From the NCBI RefSeq assembly GCF_963921235.1, contig NC_086101.1:21638001-21702000 (forward strand): a stretch of DNA of 64,000 bases, given 5' to 3'. The notes below the pieces were generated by a model. That model was not told the origin of the DNA. It saw nothing but the letters and a program-made list of their open reading frames with translations, and made no database searches. Every line of letters starts with the position of its first letter. The first letter of the stretch is position 1. Shown here one piece after another: positions 37,368-49,600 of this stretch. The DNA is from Mobula hypostoma (Eukaryota). The translations under genes and the position numbers were made by a program.

Positions 37368-37894
37368 TGCCAGAGCAGCTAACACTGGACCTGGATACAG
37401 CTCACAATGATCTCGTCCTCTCTCCGGATCTGATGAGTGTGCAGTACGGGACCACCGATCAAAATCATCAGGATCACCCGAGAAGATTTGTAGAAGATTT
37501 GTGTGTTTTGAGTTCACAGAGTTTCATGTCTGGGAGGCACTACTGGGAGGTGTATGTTGGATATAAGATTAGCTGGGTTGTGGGTGTCTGCACAGAGTCT
37601 GTAAACAGGAATGGAAGCATCTCCTACACACCGGAACAGGGACAGTGGGTTATTGATGTCTCTTCTAATTCAGTGAAGATACCAAATGTCATCTCCCATC
37701 TGGAAATAAAACTTCGAAAACTGGGGGTTTACCTGGATTACGAGCGGGGCCAGGTGTCATTTTACAATGCTGACAATATGTGTCACATCCACACTTACAC
37801 AGACAGCTTCACTGAGAAACTTTATCTCATCTTAAATCCATATACTAACAAAGCATGCGAAAACCCTGAACCACTCACACTGCTCACCAGTTAA
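37368..37894 (+). CDS. Copy D exon 6: intact PRY-SPRY
   Basis: TTTCAG|TG acceptor; SGRHYWEV, LGVYLDYERGQVSFYN; open to TAA. Confidence 0.75.
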
Positions 37895-39401
37895 CACAGT
37901 GGGACACGTTCTCCGAGGTCTCAGACTTCTCTGGACCCACTGAGCAGATCTCACTGCACCGATTCTCTGAAACACAACCAGAAAAATCGGAGCACTCAGC
38001 AGTGGGGGAAACATAGTTAATACTTCAGGTCCAGACCAGCACGTGAGAACTGATTCTCTGCCATTGCTACTGACAGGTGAGGCTGTTCATATTGACGTCT
38101 AATCTGTAAATTAGTCTCGGTGTCTCCTTCCCAGCTCTCTCACACTCTCTCCTACCGACTGCAGTTCAGGTGCACATTGTGTTAGAATGAAGTGGACTGT
38201 TCTCTGGAATTGTGATATCTGATTCTAGCAATCAGTGTGAATATGTGCAGATATTCTCTGTGTAATAAACATTTGACCTGCCGAGTGAACTGACAGTGTG
38301 TCTGAGCTGGTTACATTGGGGAAACAGTGAACGGAATGGAAACAAAATGGGGGATGGAGGTTCGGGCTCATAGCTAGAGCAATGACAGGGAAGCTGTTGC
38401 CTCTCAAGCTTTTGGGGAGATTGCTGCCTAGTTCTGAAAGAGACAAGCCCTCGATCGTTAACTTCTCTCCATAGTGTCACTGATAGGCAAAGAGTCTGGT
38501 CCAATAAAACAGAGATCCTTAAAGCCCAGTGAAACTAAGGTGGAACTCAGAAAGTCCGTGAAAAGGGTTTGAACATGTCATTAATCTTTATTGATGACCT
38601 CAGCAGTATTCAGAGTGTTCCACACATCCAGTACGTCGTGTGTGATGAAATGTACTGGAAATGCAGTCCCAGGATGAGGTTTAGTTTTGTCAAAGTCAAG
38701 GTAGTTTATTGTCACATACACAAGTACATGTCTGCACAGGTGCAATGATAAACCCGAGGCAGCAACACAGGCACACGGTATCATAGAAACAGCTTTCACA
38801 AGGGAAACTAATCAAGCATAAATTATGCACAGTATTTACAGGAGGAACACAATATGAAGACAAGAAAAACAAAGTCCATTTTGGTGCAAATTGATGGAAG
38901 GGGTGAGGTTTTGCTAATCTGGAGTGATTAGTGTTGTGCAGGTTGGTTTAACAACTGACTGGTTGAAGGAAAGTAACTGTTCTTGTACCTGGTGGTGTGG
39001 GAATTCAGGTCTCTGTACCTCCTGTCTGATGGTAGGTGCAAGAAGATGACTTGGACAGTCGGGATCGTCAGTGACAGATTTTGCCTTCTTGAGGCAGTGT
39101 CTCATGTAAATACGACCAAAGTGGGGTGGGGTGTGTCAGTGATGTATTGGACAGGGTCCAGTACTCTGCAACTTCCCACATTCCTGCATGTTTGAATTGC
39201 TGTACCAGACCATAATGCAACCTGTCAGGATACTTACAGCAGGACATTTGTAGAAGTTTGTTAAACTGTTTCATGACAATCTGAACCTCCTAATAAAGTA
39301 AAGTCACTGACTCACCTTCCTTGTGATTGTATTTATGTTCTGAGCCTAGAATAAATCATTTCATATGTTAACACACAGGAATTTGAAGTTGTCTATTTGA
39401 A

Positions 39402-39967
39402 GGATATCTATCTACGGCCTCCTCTATTGTAAAGATGAAGCCACACTCAGGTTGGAGGAACAACACCTTATATTCCATCTGGGTAGCCTCCAACCTGATG
39501 GCATGAGCATTGACTTTTCAAACTTCTGTTAATGCCCCACCTCCCCCTCGTACCCCATCAGTTATTTATTTATTTATATACACACATTCTTTTTCTCTCT
39601 CTCCTTTTTCTCCCTCTGTTCCTCTCACTATACCCCTTGCCAATCCGCTAGGCTTCCCCCCTCCCCCTTTCTTTCTCCCTAGGCCTCCTGTCCCATGATC
39701 CTCTCATATCCCTTTTGCCAATCAACTGTCCAGCTCTTGGCTCCATCCCTCCCCCTCCTGTCTTCTCCTATCATATCGGATCTCCCCCTCCCCTCCCACT
39801 TTCAAATCTCTTACAAGCTCTTCTTTCAGTTAGTCCTGACAAAGGGTCTCGGCCCGAAACATCAACTGGACCTCTTCCTAGAGATGCTGCCTGGCCTGCT
39901 GCGTTCAGCGGCAACTTTTATGTGTGTTGCTTGAAATTCCAGCATCTGCAGAATTCCTCGTGTTTGC
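39402..39967 (+). mobile_element. Penelope-like element 3' fragment
   Basis: GLLYCKDEATLRLEEQHLIFHLGSLQPDGM; CT-rich UTR; decayed hammerhead motif at 39832-39867. Confidence 0.8.
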
Positions 39968-40639
39968 CTCCTCACGATCAAGCTGCACACATGGCACCTA
40001 CATTCTCACCTTCTCCGAACCGGAAGTTACATGTAAGACACGGCGAAACCGGAGGTGACGTCATCACATGCCGCGATATACCATAGACAATGAATTTACC
40101 TTTGTTCGACTATAACATAATTATCAACCTTTAACTTTAACTAGAAAATAGTTACAAACAAATCATTTAAAGCGTAGACCCAACAAAGTCAAATAAATGT
40201 CTTAAGGGCAACACAAAAGCTGTTCCTTGATCAACAGGGTCATAGCTGATCAGCTCAACTCCGCGGTCCCACCTGATCATGGCAACCTTTTGTCTTTTGC
40301 CTCCATTTTAAAACTGTTTTGAAGATTCCTCTTTTATGACCTTTGAGGAAGAGAGTTCCGGAGATCTTTGACCTTCTCTGAGGGAGCTGCCCCTCTGCCT
40401 ACCTGCCATTTCCCCATTCCCTTCCAATGTAAATACTTATCTAACTGTATGTTAATATTTATTTAATGAGGTAGCCTCTGCTGCTTTCCTGGGCTAAGAA
40501 TTCCTGATTCACCACCGTCTGGGAAAATCAGCTTATCCTTATCTCCTTCCTGAATTTGCTCCCCCTAATCTTGAGGATATGTCCCCTAGTTCCAGTCTCA
40601 CTGACCAGTGGAAATAACTTTCATTCTTTTGTCTCATCT

Positions 40640-41035
40640 CTCCTTTCATAATTTTACCGGCCGGTACATCGAGATGTCCGTGAGGGATGCTGTCGACTGG
40701 CGCATTCCAGGCCACAGGAGTACGTGCTGAGGGACACACTGACGCTCATTGCAGCCACCGCAAGAGCTCGGTGGGACAGGAACACAATGTAGGGATCTTC
40801 TTGTACCAGAGAGGGAGGGGCAGCGTGGGTCAAGGAAGCCCCTCAATTATCGTAGCAGTATACTGTGCTGGAGAGCCACAGGACTGGCAGCAGGGTTGTT
40901 GGTGAGTGTGAATGTGAATCATATCATTCATAAACATCAGTTCGGAAAGCATTGACAGCAAATGTAACAAATGAAAGCTCATCGCATGGTTCAATCTTGT
41001 AAATATTTTATTATGAATAAAGTTTATTTTGTTAA
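40640..41035 (+). mobile_element. Possible decayed Tx1-like LINE 3' end
   Basis: CpG-rich stretch ending ATGAATAAAGTTTATTTTG; family resemblance only. Confidence 0.35.
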
Positions 41036-41070
41036 AATATGATTCTATATCAATTTAAAAAAGAAAACAA

Positions 41071-41840
41071 GCCTGACAGAGTTCTTTGAGGAGGTGACCA
41101 GGCAAATAGATGAGGGTAGTGCAGTGGATGTGATCTACATGGATTTTAGTAAGGCATTTGACAAGGTTCCACACGGTAGGCTTATTCAGAAAGTCAGAAG
41201 GCATGGGATCCAGGGAAGTTTGGCCAGGTGGATTCAGAATTGACTTGCCTGCAGAAGGCAGAGGGTCGTGGTGGAGGGAGTACATTCGGATTGGAGGGTT
41301 GTGACTAGTGGTGTCCCACAGGGATCAGTTCTGGGACCTCTACTTTCGTGATTTTTTTTAACGACCAGGATGTGGGGGTAGAAGGGTGGGTTGGCATGTT
41401 TGCAGATGATGCAAAGGTTGGTGGTGTTGTAGATAGTATAGAGTATTGTCGAAGATTTCAGAGAGACATTGATAGGATGCAGAAGTGGGCTGAGAAGTGG
41501 CAGATGTAGTTCAACCCGGAGAAGTGTCAGGTGGTACACTTTAAAAGATCAAACTCCAAGCACCACTGCTCCATACAAGAGGAGATGGTTTTAAGTTAAG
41601 GGGTGGAAGTTCAAGGGGGATATTAGAGGAAGGTTTTTTACTCAGAGAGTGGTTGGTGCGTGGAATGCACTGCCTGTGTCAGTGGTGGAGGCAGATACAC
41701 TAGTGAAATTTAAGAGACCAATAGACAGGTACATGGAGGAATTTAAAGTGGGGGCTTATATGGGAGGCAGGGTTTGAGGGTCGGCACAACATTGTGGGCC
41801 GAAGGGCCTGTATGTGCAGTACTATTCCATGTTCTATGTT
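41071..41840 (+). mobile_element. CR1 RT/3' fragment with internal deletion
   Basis: [39 protein letters not shown]; (TTCTATG) tail. Confidence 0.88.
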
Positions 41841-42285
41841 AAAAAAACATACTGCTGTCAGTTCTTCTCTCATTGTTCTTCACTCACAGTTTATCTCCTG
41901 GTTCTCCTGGCATGGATGCTATGCAGCTCCCTCCCTCATGGGAGTGGGACAAAGCGTTCATGACCAGTTTGGGTACGATCTTTGATGATACTTCCAGCCC
42001 CTTTATTTATATAAGTCCTTGATGGTGAGTAGGCTGTTGCCGATGGGTAGTATTGACAAACCGTTACAGAGTCTTCTGCCCGCCACAGTGGAGTGTCAAA
42101 ACCATTCATACCAACATGTTCGAATGCTCTCTACTGCACATCTGCAGAAAGACGTGAGAGAACAACCCTTGAGTTCACGATCTACCTCGTTATGACCCTG
42201 CACCTTATTGCTTACCTGTACTACACTTTCTCTGTGGCTGTTACACTTCATTCTGCATTCTGTTATTCTCTACCTCTATACACCA

Positions 42286-43067
42286 TGTCATTGTCTGGTC
42301 CGTGAACTCCGCATTCCGGTTCACGGTCCGGTCCGTGGACTCAGGACTCCGGCTCTTCCAGCTGTCCCTTGATTGGTTGAGTTAATAATAGGCATCTGAT
42401 TCCCATCTTGGGGCTTGGAATCTAAGTAGCCTTGGGGTTGAGTGTGGGTTGCTGGTTTGTCTTGTTAGTCCCCTTTGGAGCAATCTGCTGATGGAAGGCT
42501 AGTGAAACCATTTGTGATCTCTCGGCCTGGTTGAAGGACCACTGCTTCATGGAGCCTTGTTGCCACTCATCGGAGCAGTCATTGTGGTATGGATTTGGCT
42601 GTTTCTGTAGCCAGCCAAGGTTGCTGGCTGGCCCAAGTCTGAGAGCCACCCTGGATTGAGCTCTTTTTCTGTCCTTGCCTCTGTTGGGTAAGCCAGGCCG
42701 TATTTGCTGTTACCCTGTGGTTGGTTCTGTCCCTCCCTGTCCCTTGCCTCTGTCGGGTAAGCAGGCCATTTGGTGTTACCCTGCAGTTGGGTCCGACCCT
42801 CCCAGTTTTTGCCTCTGCGGGGTGAAGTTCCGCGTCCTGCCCAGGAGAAGCTCCCAGAAGCCCAGCCTCAAGGATCCCACAGCCAGGCTCCCAGAACCCC
42901 AGCCTCGAGGATCCCGCAGCAGGGCTCCCAGAACCCCAGCCTCGAGGATCCCGCACTAGAGTAGGGACCTGACTAGACTAGGGACCTGACGGATACAGAC
43001 AAGTCCTGTTCCTTGTACTTAATGTGTCTTGCATTTAGGTCCGTTCCCAGCGCCCCCCATTGTGACA
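42286..43067 (+). mobile_element. Solo LTR (same family as 11881-13097) just upstream of gene C
   Basis: TGTCA...TGACA; shared 5' CCGCATTCCRGTTCACGGTCCGGTCC and 3' GTCTTGCATTYRGGTC; absent from gene B promoter (~27455); TSD not recognisable. Confidence 0.78.
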
Positions 43068-43167
43068 ACTCGGTAAAATGGTCTGATCTGTGTGAAGAGT
43101 CTGCAAGACAGGCTCGGTACTTGTGGTAAAATAAACCAGTAGCAATTCCAAGGCTGCAGCCTCTCAG

Positions 43168-43195
43168 AGGTCACATGGGGTCAAAAACAGGAAGT
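43168..43195 (+). promoter_or_regulatory. Gene C proximal promoter: DR4 + ETS motif
   Basis: AGGTCA catg GGGTCA, then ACAGGAAGT. Confidence 0.5.
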
Positions 43196-43253
43196 GCAAC
43201 ACTTCCTCAGAATTGAATGTGGAAGTTACGAGTAGGGGAGAGAGAGGACCAAG

Positions 43254-43655
43254 ATGGCTTCTGCAAACCTGGTCCAGGAATTAACGTGTCCCATTTGTCT
43301 GGAGGTGTTCACGGATCCGGTCTCTCTGGGGTGCGGACATCACTTCTGTGCAACGTGCATCTCTCAGGTTTGGGAGAGGGTCTCGGGGAATGTCTCCTGT
43401 CCTCAGTGCCGGCAGGTGTTCGCCCAGAGGAACACCAGGCCCGCTCACATCCTGAGCAACGTCGCAGAGAAGGTCAGGCAGCTGAGGGTGGGGGCGGCCG
43501 AGCGGAGGAAGGAGTTTGTCTGTCGGGAGCACGATGAGAAGCTGAAACTGTTCTGTCAGGAGGAGCAGATGATGGTCTGCTTGGTGTGTGGCCTGTCTGC
43601 GCAGCACAAGATGCACAATGTCATCCCGATAAAGGAGGCAGCCCAGGCGCACAAG
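43254..43655 (+). CDS. Gene C exon 1 (RING + B-box2)
   Basis: CPIC..CGHHFCATC..CPQC; CREH..C..C..C..H..H; AAG|GTGCGA. Confidence 0.93.
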
Positions 43656-46600
43656 GTGCGAGATCGCCCGCCTGAACTCACCGCCGTGCGGTCAGGGAGA
43701 GGGGCGGGTGGGTAAGTGCTGAAAGTACAGGGAGACGGAGAAGGGAAACTTTGAGAAGGTGGAGAGCGCAGAGAGAGGGCGATGAAGGTCGGGAAGGAAG
43801 GAAAACAATAGGGACAGAGCAGGGATACGGGATTTTCCCGTTTAGAGGTGAGAGAGTTGTTTGAGAACGAAGGAAAAGACGTTTTGAACGGGAGGAAAAT
43901 CGGAGAATATGGCAAGGGAAAGGGAAGGGAGAAAAGATCAAGGGTAAAGGAAGGAATGGGGAGGGGGAGAGGTGGAAAGAGAAGTGTAGATGAGGGATGT
44001 CTGACAGCTGAGAGGCTGCAAGGGAGGGGAGGTGGGTTCTCACCCAGACCATGCTCTCTGGCTGCTGCCATTGGGAAGGAGGTACGAGAGGTACTAGTCA
44101 CCAGGTCAGTCAGGCTCCCGAAACACTGTGGATAACTTCACTCACCTCAACACTGAACTGATTCCACATCCAATGGACTCATGTGGTTTTTCATAAATTC
44201 TACTTATATCTTTATTTTCCTGAACATATGATGACGTACAAACACGTTGATAATAAATTTACTTTGAACTTTATCGGGCAGAATTGGGAGGTGTGGAGGG
44301 AAGAGGTTGAGGTGAGGCAGTTGTAGAAAGAAGACAAACTGAATCAGATTGGAGACGATCCAACAGGAGGGAGGTGTGGGAGAATGGGGAAATGCAGGAT
44401 GGTGGGGGAGGGGCAGAGTGGGGTAAGGACAATATTGAGGAAGGGAATGAGAGAGAGGGACTAGGAGATGAAGGGTGAAGGGGAGGTGAACATGACTGGT
44501 AGGAAGGTTTGAAAGAATGATTCTATTTCCCCCACGGGATTACCCCCCCAGTCCTCTTCCACCACCCCCCCCCCCCCCACTTTGATCAGCAGATTCGGCA
44601 GGTTCATTTCTCAGATCTTCTGCATCTTTTGACTTTCAGGAAAAGTTGGAAGAATCACTGAAGCTTTTGCAAGAGCGAATGAATCAGGGTGTTCGGAGTC
44701 AGCAGGAAGGGGAGACTGTGATCCGGCGGCTGAAGGTGAGGAATCATTCGGTGATCGTGGATGGTTCCCTGGGCTGTGTGTCCAGTTTCATCCGACAGTC
44801 CAAAGACAAGACGTTTCAATTGGTAGTCTAATTGGTGATTGTAAATTGCTGATTAGGTTAGGGTTAATCGGGGGTTGCTGAGCGTCATGGCTCGAAGGAC
44901 CTTTCCGATGCTGTATTTCAATAAATAAATAAAGAGACTGACAGTGACAGGCCCCTTCCAGCTGTACGATGCTGTCCCACAGCAAAATGTAAGCAGCTGA
45001 CTGTAAATAATAACTACAATGAAAGGAATGTGGGAACTGTTTTCATCATCTGACCTTATCATTTGACATGAGATGTTAGAGACTGGGTTCTATATGTTGT
45101 GAAATGTCCACTGTTACTTGATCCCTGCCTCCATCCAAACATACCTTACTGCTCACCCAACCCCTGGGTACACTTTGGAGACGCGAGGGACTATAGATGC
45201 TGGAATCTGAAGCATCTGGGTATCCAGTATTTTAAATATAAACCTCGTAACCTCTTTATCAGACTTCAGCAACATACATCAAAGTTGCTGGTGAACGCAG
45301 CAGGCCAAGCAGCATCTATAGGAAGAGGCGCAGTCGACGTTTCAGGCCGAGACCCTTCGTCAGGACTAACTGGAGGAAGAGTGAGTAAGGGATTTGAAAG
45401 CTGGAGGGGGAGGAGGAGATGCAAAATGATTGGAGAAGACAGGAGGGGGAGGGATAGAGCCGAGAGCTGGACAGGTGATAGGCAAAAGGGGATACGGGAG
45501 GATCATGGGACAGGAGGTCCGGGAAGAAAGACAAGGGGGGGGGTGACCCAGAGGATGGGCAAGAGGTATATTCAGAGGGACAGAGGGAGAAAAAGGAGAG
45601 TGAGAGAAAGAATGTGTGCATAAAAATGAGTAACAGATGGGGTACGAGGGGGAGGTGGGGCCTTAGCGGAAGTTAGAGAAGTCGATGTTCATGCCATCAG
45701 GTTGGAGGCTACCCAGACGGAATATAAGGTGTTGTTCCTCCAACCTGAGTGTGGCTTCATCTTTACAGTAGAGGAGGCCGTGGATAGACATGTCAGAATG
45801 GGAATGGGATGTGGAATTAAAATGTGTGGCCACTGGGAGATCCTGCTTTCTCTGGCGGACAGAGCGTAGATGTTCAGCAAAGCGGTCTCCCAGTCTGCGT
45901 CGGGTCTCACCAATATATGAAAGGCCACATCGGGAGCACCAGACGCACTATATCACCCCAGTCGACTCACAGGTATCAGACCTGTTTCTTGCTCCCAGAT
46001 ATTGAACATTGTATGTAATGAGCTCCTCCGGCCTGTGGGGGGAGCCGGAGGGCACTGTGTGCTGAAGGTTACAAAGAGCAGCTGAATTTGTGAATTTAAA
46101 AACGCAAACACGAGGAAATCTGCAGATGCTGGAAATTCAGGCAACATACGTAAAATGCTGGTGGAACGCAGCAGGCCAGGTAGCATTTATAGGAAGAAGT
46201 ACAGTCGACGTTTCAGGCCGAGACCCTTTGCGAATTGTTGTCTTGACGTGAGTCAATAATCCCTGGTATTTTCGGTTTAATCTTCACAATTGATTTTGAC
46301 TGGCAAGGGCTTTCTGTGTTCTGTGATTATTTAAGTGGGTCGAGTTTTGAGAACATTTCCTCTCAGGGTGTCATTCATTTGAGCCACTGAAGTAATTTTG
46401 GAATTCCAATGTATTAACTCTGTATTCAATCTCTACATGGGACTCTGTCGTTCCTCCGGACCTGGGTTCACTCATTACCAGTGCTCACCATGACAGATTG
46501 GTATGGATACCAGCTGAATCCCTTGCTTATATCCTAGCCTGTAACTCACTCCTGGGTATCCATTATTCAATATAAAAAACACCATGAACCCATTGATTAG

Positions 46601-49600
46601 ATCCCAGCCTGCAACATAGTCCAGGGATCCACTATTCTATATATAGACCACCCTGAACCTATTGATTAGATTCCAGTCTGTAACTCACCCCTGGATATCC
46701 CAGTCATGATAAAGAGACTCAACCTGAAACCTTGACTATTCTTTTGCCTCTATAGATGCTGACTAATCTTCCATCATTTTGAATGTCTAAGACGTTGCCT
46801 TTTATTGTCTATGTCCAACTCTTTATTAGTCCACCCCACTTGCATCACCTCACACTTCCAAAGATTAAATTCCAATGCCACTGCTTTGCCTCATTTCCCA
46901 ACAGATCAATGTCATCCTGTAGGCTATGACTGTTCTCCACTCTATCAACACAAGTATTTTCATGTTAACTGGAAACTTACAAATCATATCTTGTACACTC
47001 CTATCCAAAATGATCTGCAGAACAAAACAGTAGGAGTCCCAACAGTGATATTTGTAAGGCATCACAGGTCAAAAATATCTAATCACTAAAACAACACAAT
47101 CTGCTTCCTATTGCCAAGCTAAGTCTATAGATACAATTTGCCACCTCACCCCATATCCTACGGTGTAACCTTTCCAAACATCCTCCCATGTGGAATCTTG
47201 TCACTTTACTGAAGTCCCAAAGGACAACTTGAACTGTCCTCTTCACTGCATGTTGTTCTCTCTTCGATTCCAGAATGGGGATCAATCCCAGAGATCCAGT
47301 CAGATACTTGGGATTGGATTTTGGTCAATTATTCTGTCTATGATTGTTTATTCTGACCCCACTTCAATCAGCGCCCATTTTTTACTTTTAAAAAAAAAAG
47401 CAACCCTGACCCCAGTGTAAATAACCACTCCAAGCAGCACCAAATGTGTTATTTAGAAAATAAATCATTCAAATGCATGAATTATATTTGGCCAGTGACT
47501 CTCTGCTAACCTCACTCTAACTCAGGACCAGGTTGATGGACGGAGCTGTGAGATCAGGGCTGAATTTGAGAAGATGCACCAGTTCCTGCGTGAGAGGCAA
47601 CAGCAGATGGAAGCAGAGCTGCAGAGAGAAGCGGACAAAATCCTAACACAACTGGAAAACAACTTAAAGAGAACCGTCGATGAAATCTCTTCACTTAAAG
47701 CAGTGATACAAGGTGTAAAAGTGAGATTGGAAATTGACGATCCCCATGGGCTCCTCAAGGTACAGGATGAGTCACTTTCTTGTCTGGGGGATCCAAACTG
47801 TCATAAATACCTGTGAGTGAATTTAATTATATGGGCAACTAGGGTTAATACTGGTTTCCTGAATGCAGTCAGTTCAATAGAAACTCAGAAACGTTCAGAG
47901 AATAACCAGCGGTGGGTTCACACCCTGCCCTTGCCATCCTGTCCCTGGGTTTGACCCCTGTGTGATTGCTGGAATGGAGATCATTCTCTGAATGTGGAAA
48001 TCCCAGAGCAATTGCTTGAATCATCACCAGGTGGCGCCGTCAGCACCATGGGGGTGAGGATTGATTGAGTCCAAATAAATACCATGGGGGGGGGCGCGGG
48101 GTGGCATGGTAGCATAGCGATGACCGTGACGCGATTACATCTCAAGGTGTTGGAGTTCAGAGTTGAGTTCCAGTGTCCTCTGTAAGAAAGAAAGTTTGTA
48201 CTCCTTCCCATGTGCATGTGGGTTTCCTCCGACAGTTCAAAGACGTATCAGTTAGTGGGCTGGTTTAGACTGGGTTAAAGTTGTTGGGCTACTCGGTGGG
48301 ATGGCCCATCGGGCTGGAACCTCCTGTTCACACTGTATGTCTAAATAAATAAGTGTGGAAATTGTTCTGGGAATGGGCTGTCCTGAATCACAATGGCAAC
48401 CCCGTGTTTCCTGTGTCTGCACAGGCACAGATGATGTCATTCCTCCAAATACTCCTTTCCCAAAACCGGTCCCACCTACCTCTCCCTTGTGTAACAACCA
48501 ACTCTGTATTTGCCCCAGCTGCTGCTGATCAATTCACCACCAATGCAGTCTCACATCATCCACCTTTCTCCCCCTTCCCTCATCTCCTTCCCCTCCCCAT
48601 CCTCCCCTGTCCCTTTTTCTTCTCCCTCTCTGTGCTTCCCTCTTCCCTAACACACTCTCTGCCCATTCTTTCCCCTCCACTGCATCCCACTACCCTGCAT
48701 TTCAACCTCCCACATTTGTCCCCAGTTGTCCCATTCCAGGCCTGGTCCCAGTCCCTCCCCACTCTGCACTCCCACCCAACCACAGACCCTGTGCTAGTCC
48801 CCATTCCCCAGTGTGGTGCATCACTGCATCAGGACCACGAGAGAGAGAGAGAGCTGGAGAGATGCCTCACTGACAGAGACACTCCACCCTCCAGTGTTTT
48901 GTTTTGTTTTAATAATGGATGCCATCTTTTTGATACATTGCCTTTTAAAGAAGTCCTCAATACTGGGGAGGCAAGCTCCCATGATAGAACTGACTGAGTC
49001 TGCAACCTTCTGCAGCCTTTTCTGATCCTAGAAAGCGGCCCCTCCTCACAACATAATTGAAACATAAATTATACACAACTTTTATAAGGAAGAATATAAT
49101 TAAAACAAAGTTCATTTTAGTGCAAGTGATCAAAGTGGTCACAGTGATGATAAACTGTCGTGATTTGGGTTTTGCTGATTTCAGCTGAATGGCTGAAGGG
49201 AAGTAGCTGTTCAAACAGTTCTGTATTTGAGAAGAGAAGAAGGTATTGGAGGACGTAGAGAGGTAACCTCAGAGTGAAGGGCTTTGCTGTGGAAAACAAT
49301 CAAATTAGTTCCTGAGTCTTTCCTCTGGTTGAGTGTCTAGCCTTCATACTCCAACCCTTCCAGAGAGTTTCAAGGACAGTTTCACTCAATCCTATTCTCT
49401 CTCTTTCCCCTCAGGATATTCAAGCCCTTTTGAAGAGGTGAGTAAGTTTTAGCTGAAGTTCTGACACCGGGTGCTGTTGTGTCTCTAACGCTCAGTTTCT
49501 TGACCGAGGTTCCGTGAAAGGTTGCTAGGGGTTCCACAAGAGATCATGTAAAAAAAAACTTTGTTTTTTGAACTAAGTACAACGTGTGATGCGAGCACTC

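Larger units (their letters stand above)
33777..37894 (+). pseudogene. TRIM copy D: orphan exons 4-6 (23/119/527 nt), frame and splice sites intact, exons 1-3 absent
   Basis: join(33777..33799,34789..34907,37368..37894); homology to gene C intron 3 begins at ~33225 after a CR1 fragment. Confidence 0.78.

Noticed and set aside
39968-40212. Possible LTR fragment ending ...GGGCAACA
   Set aside because: Only one plausible terminus and no TSD.
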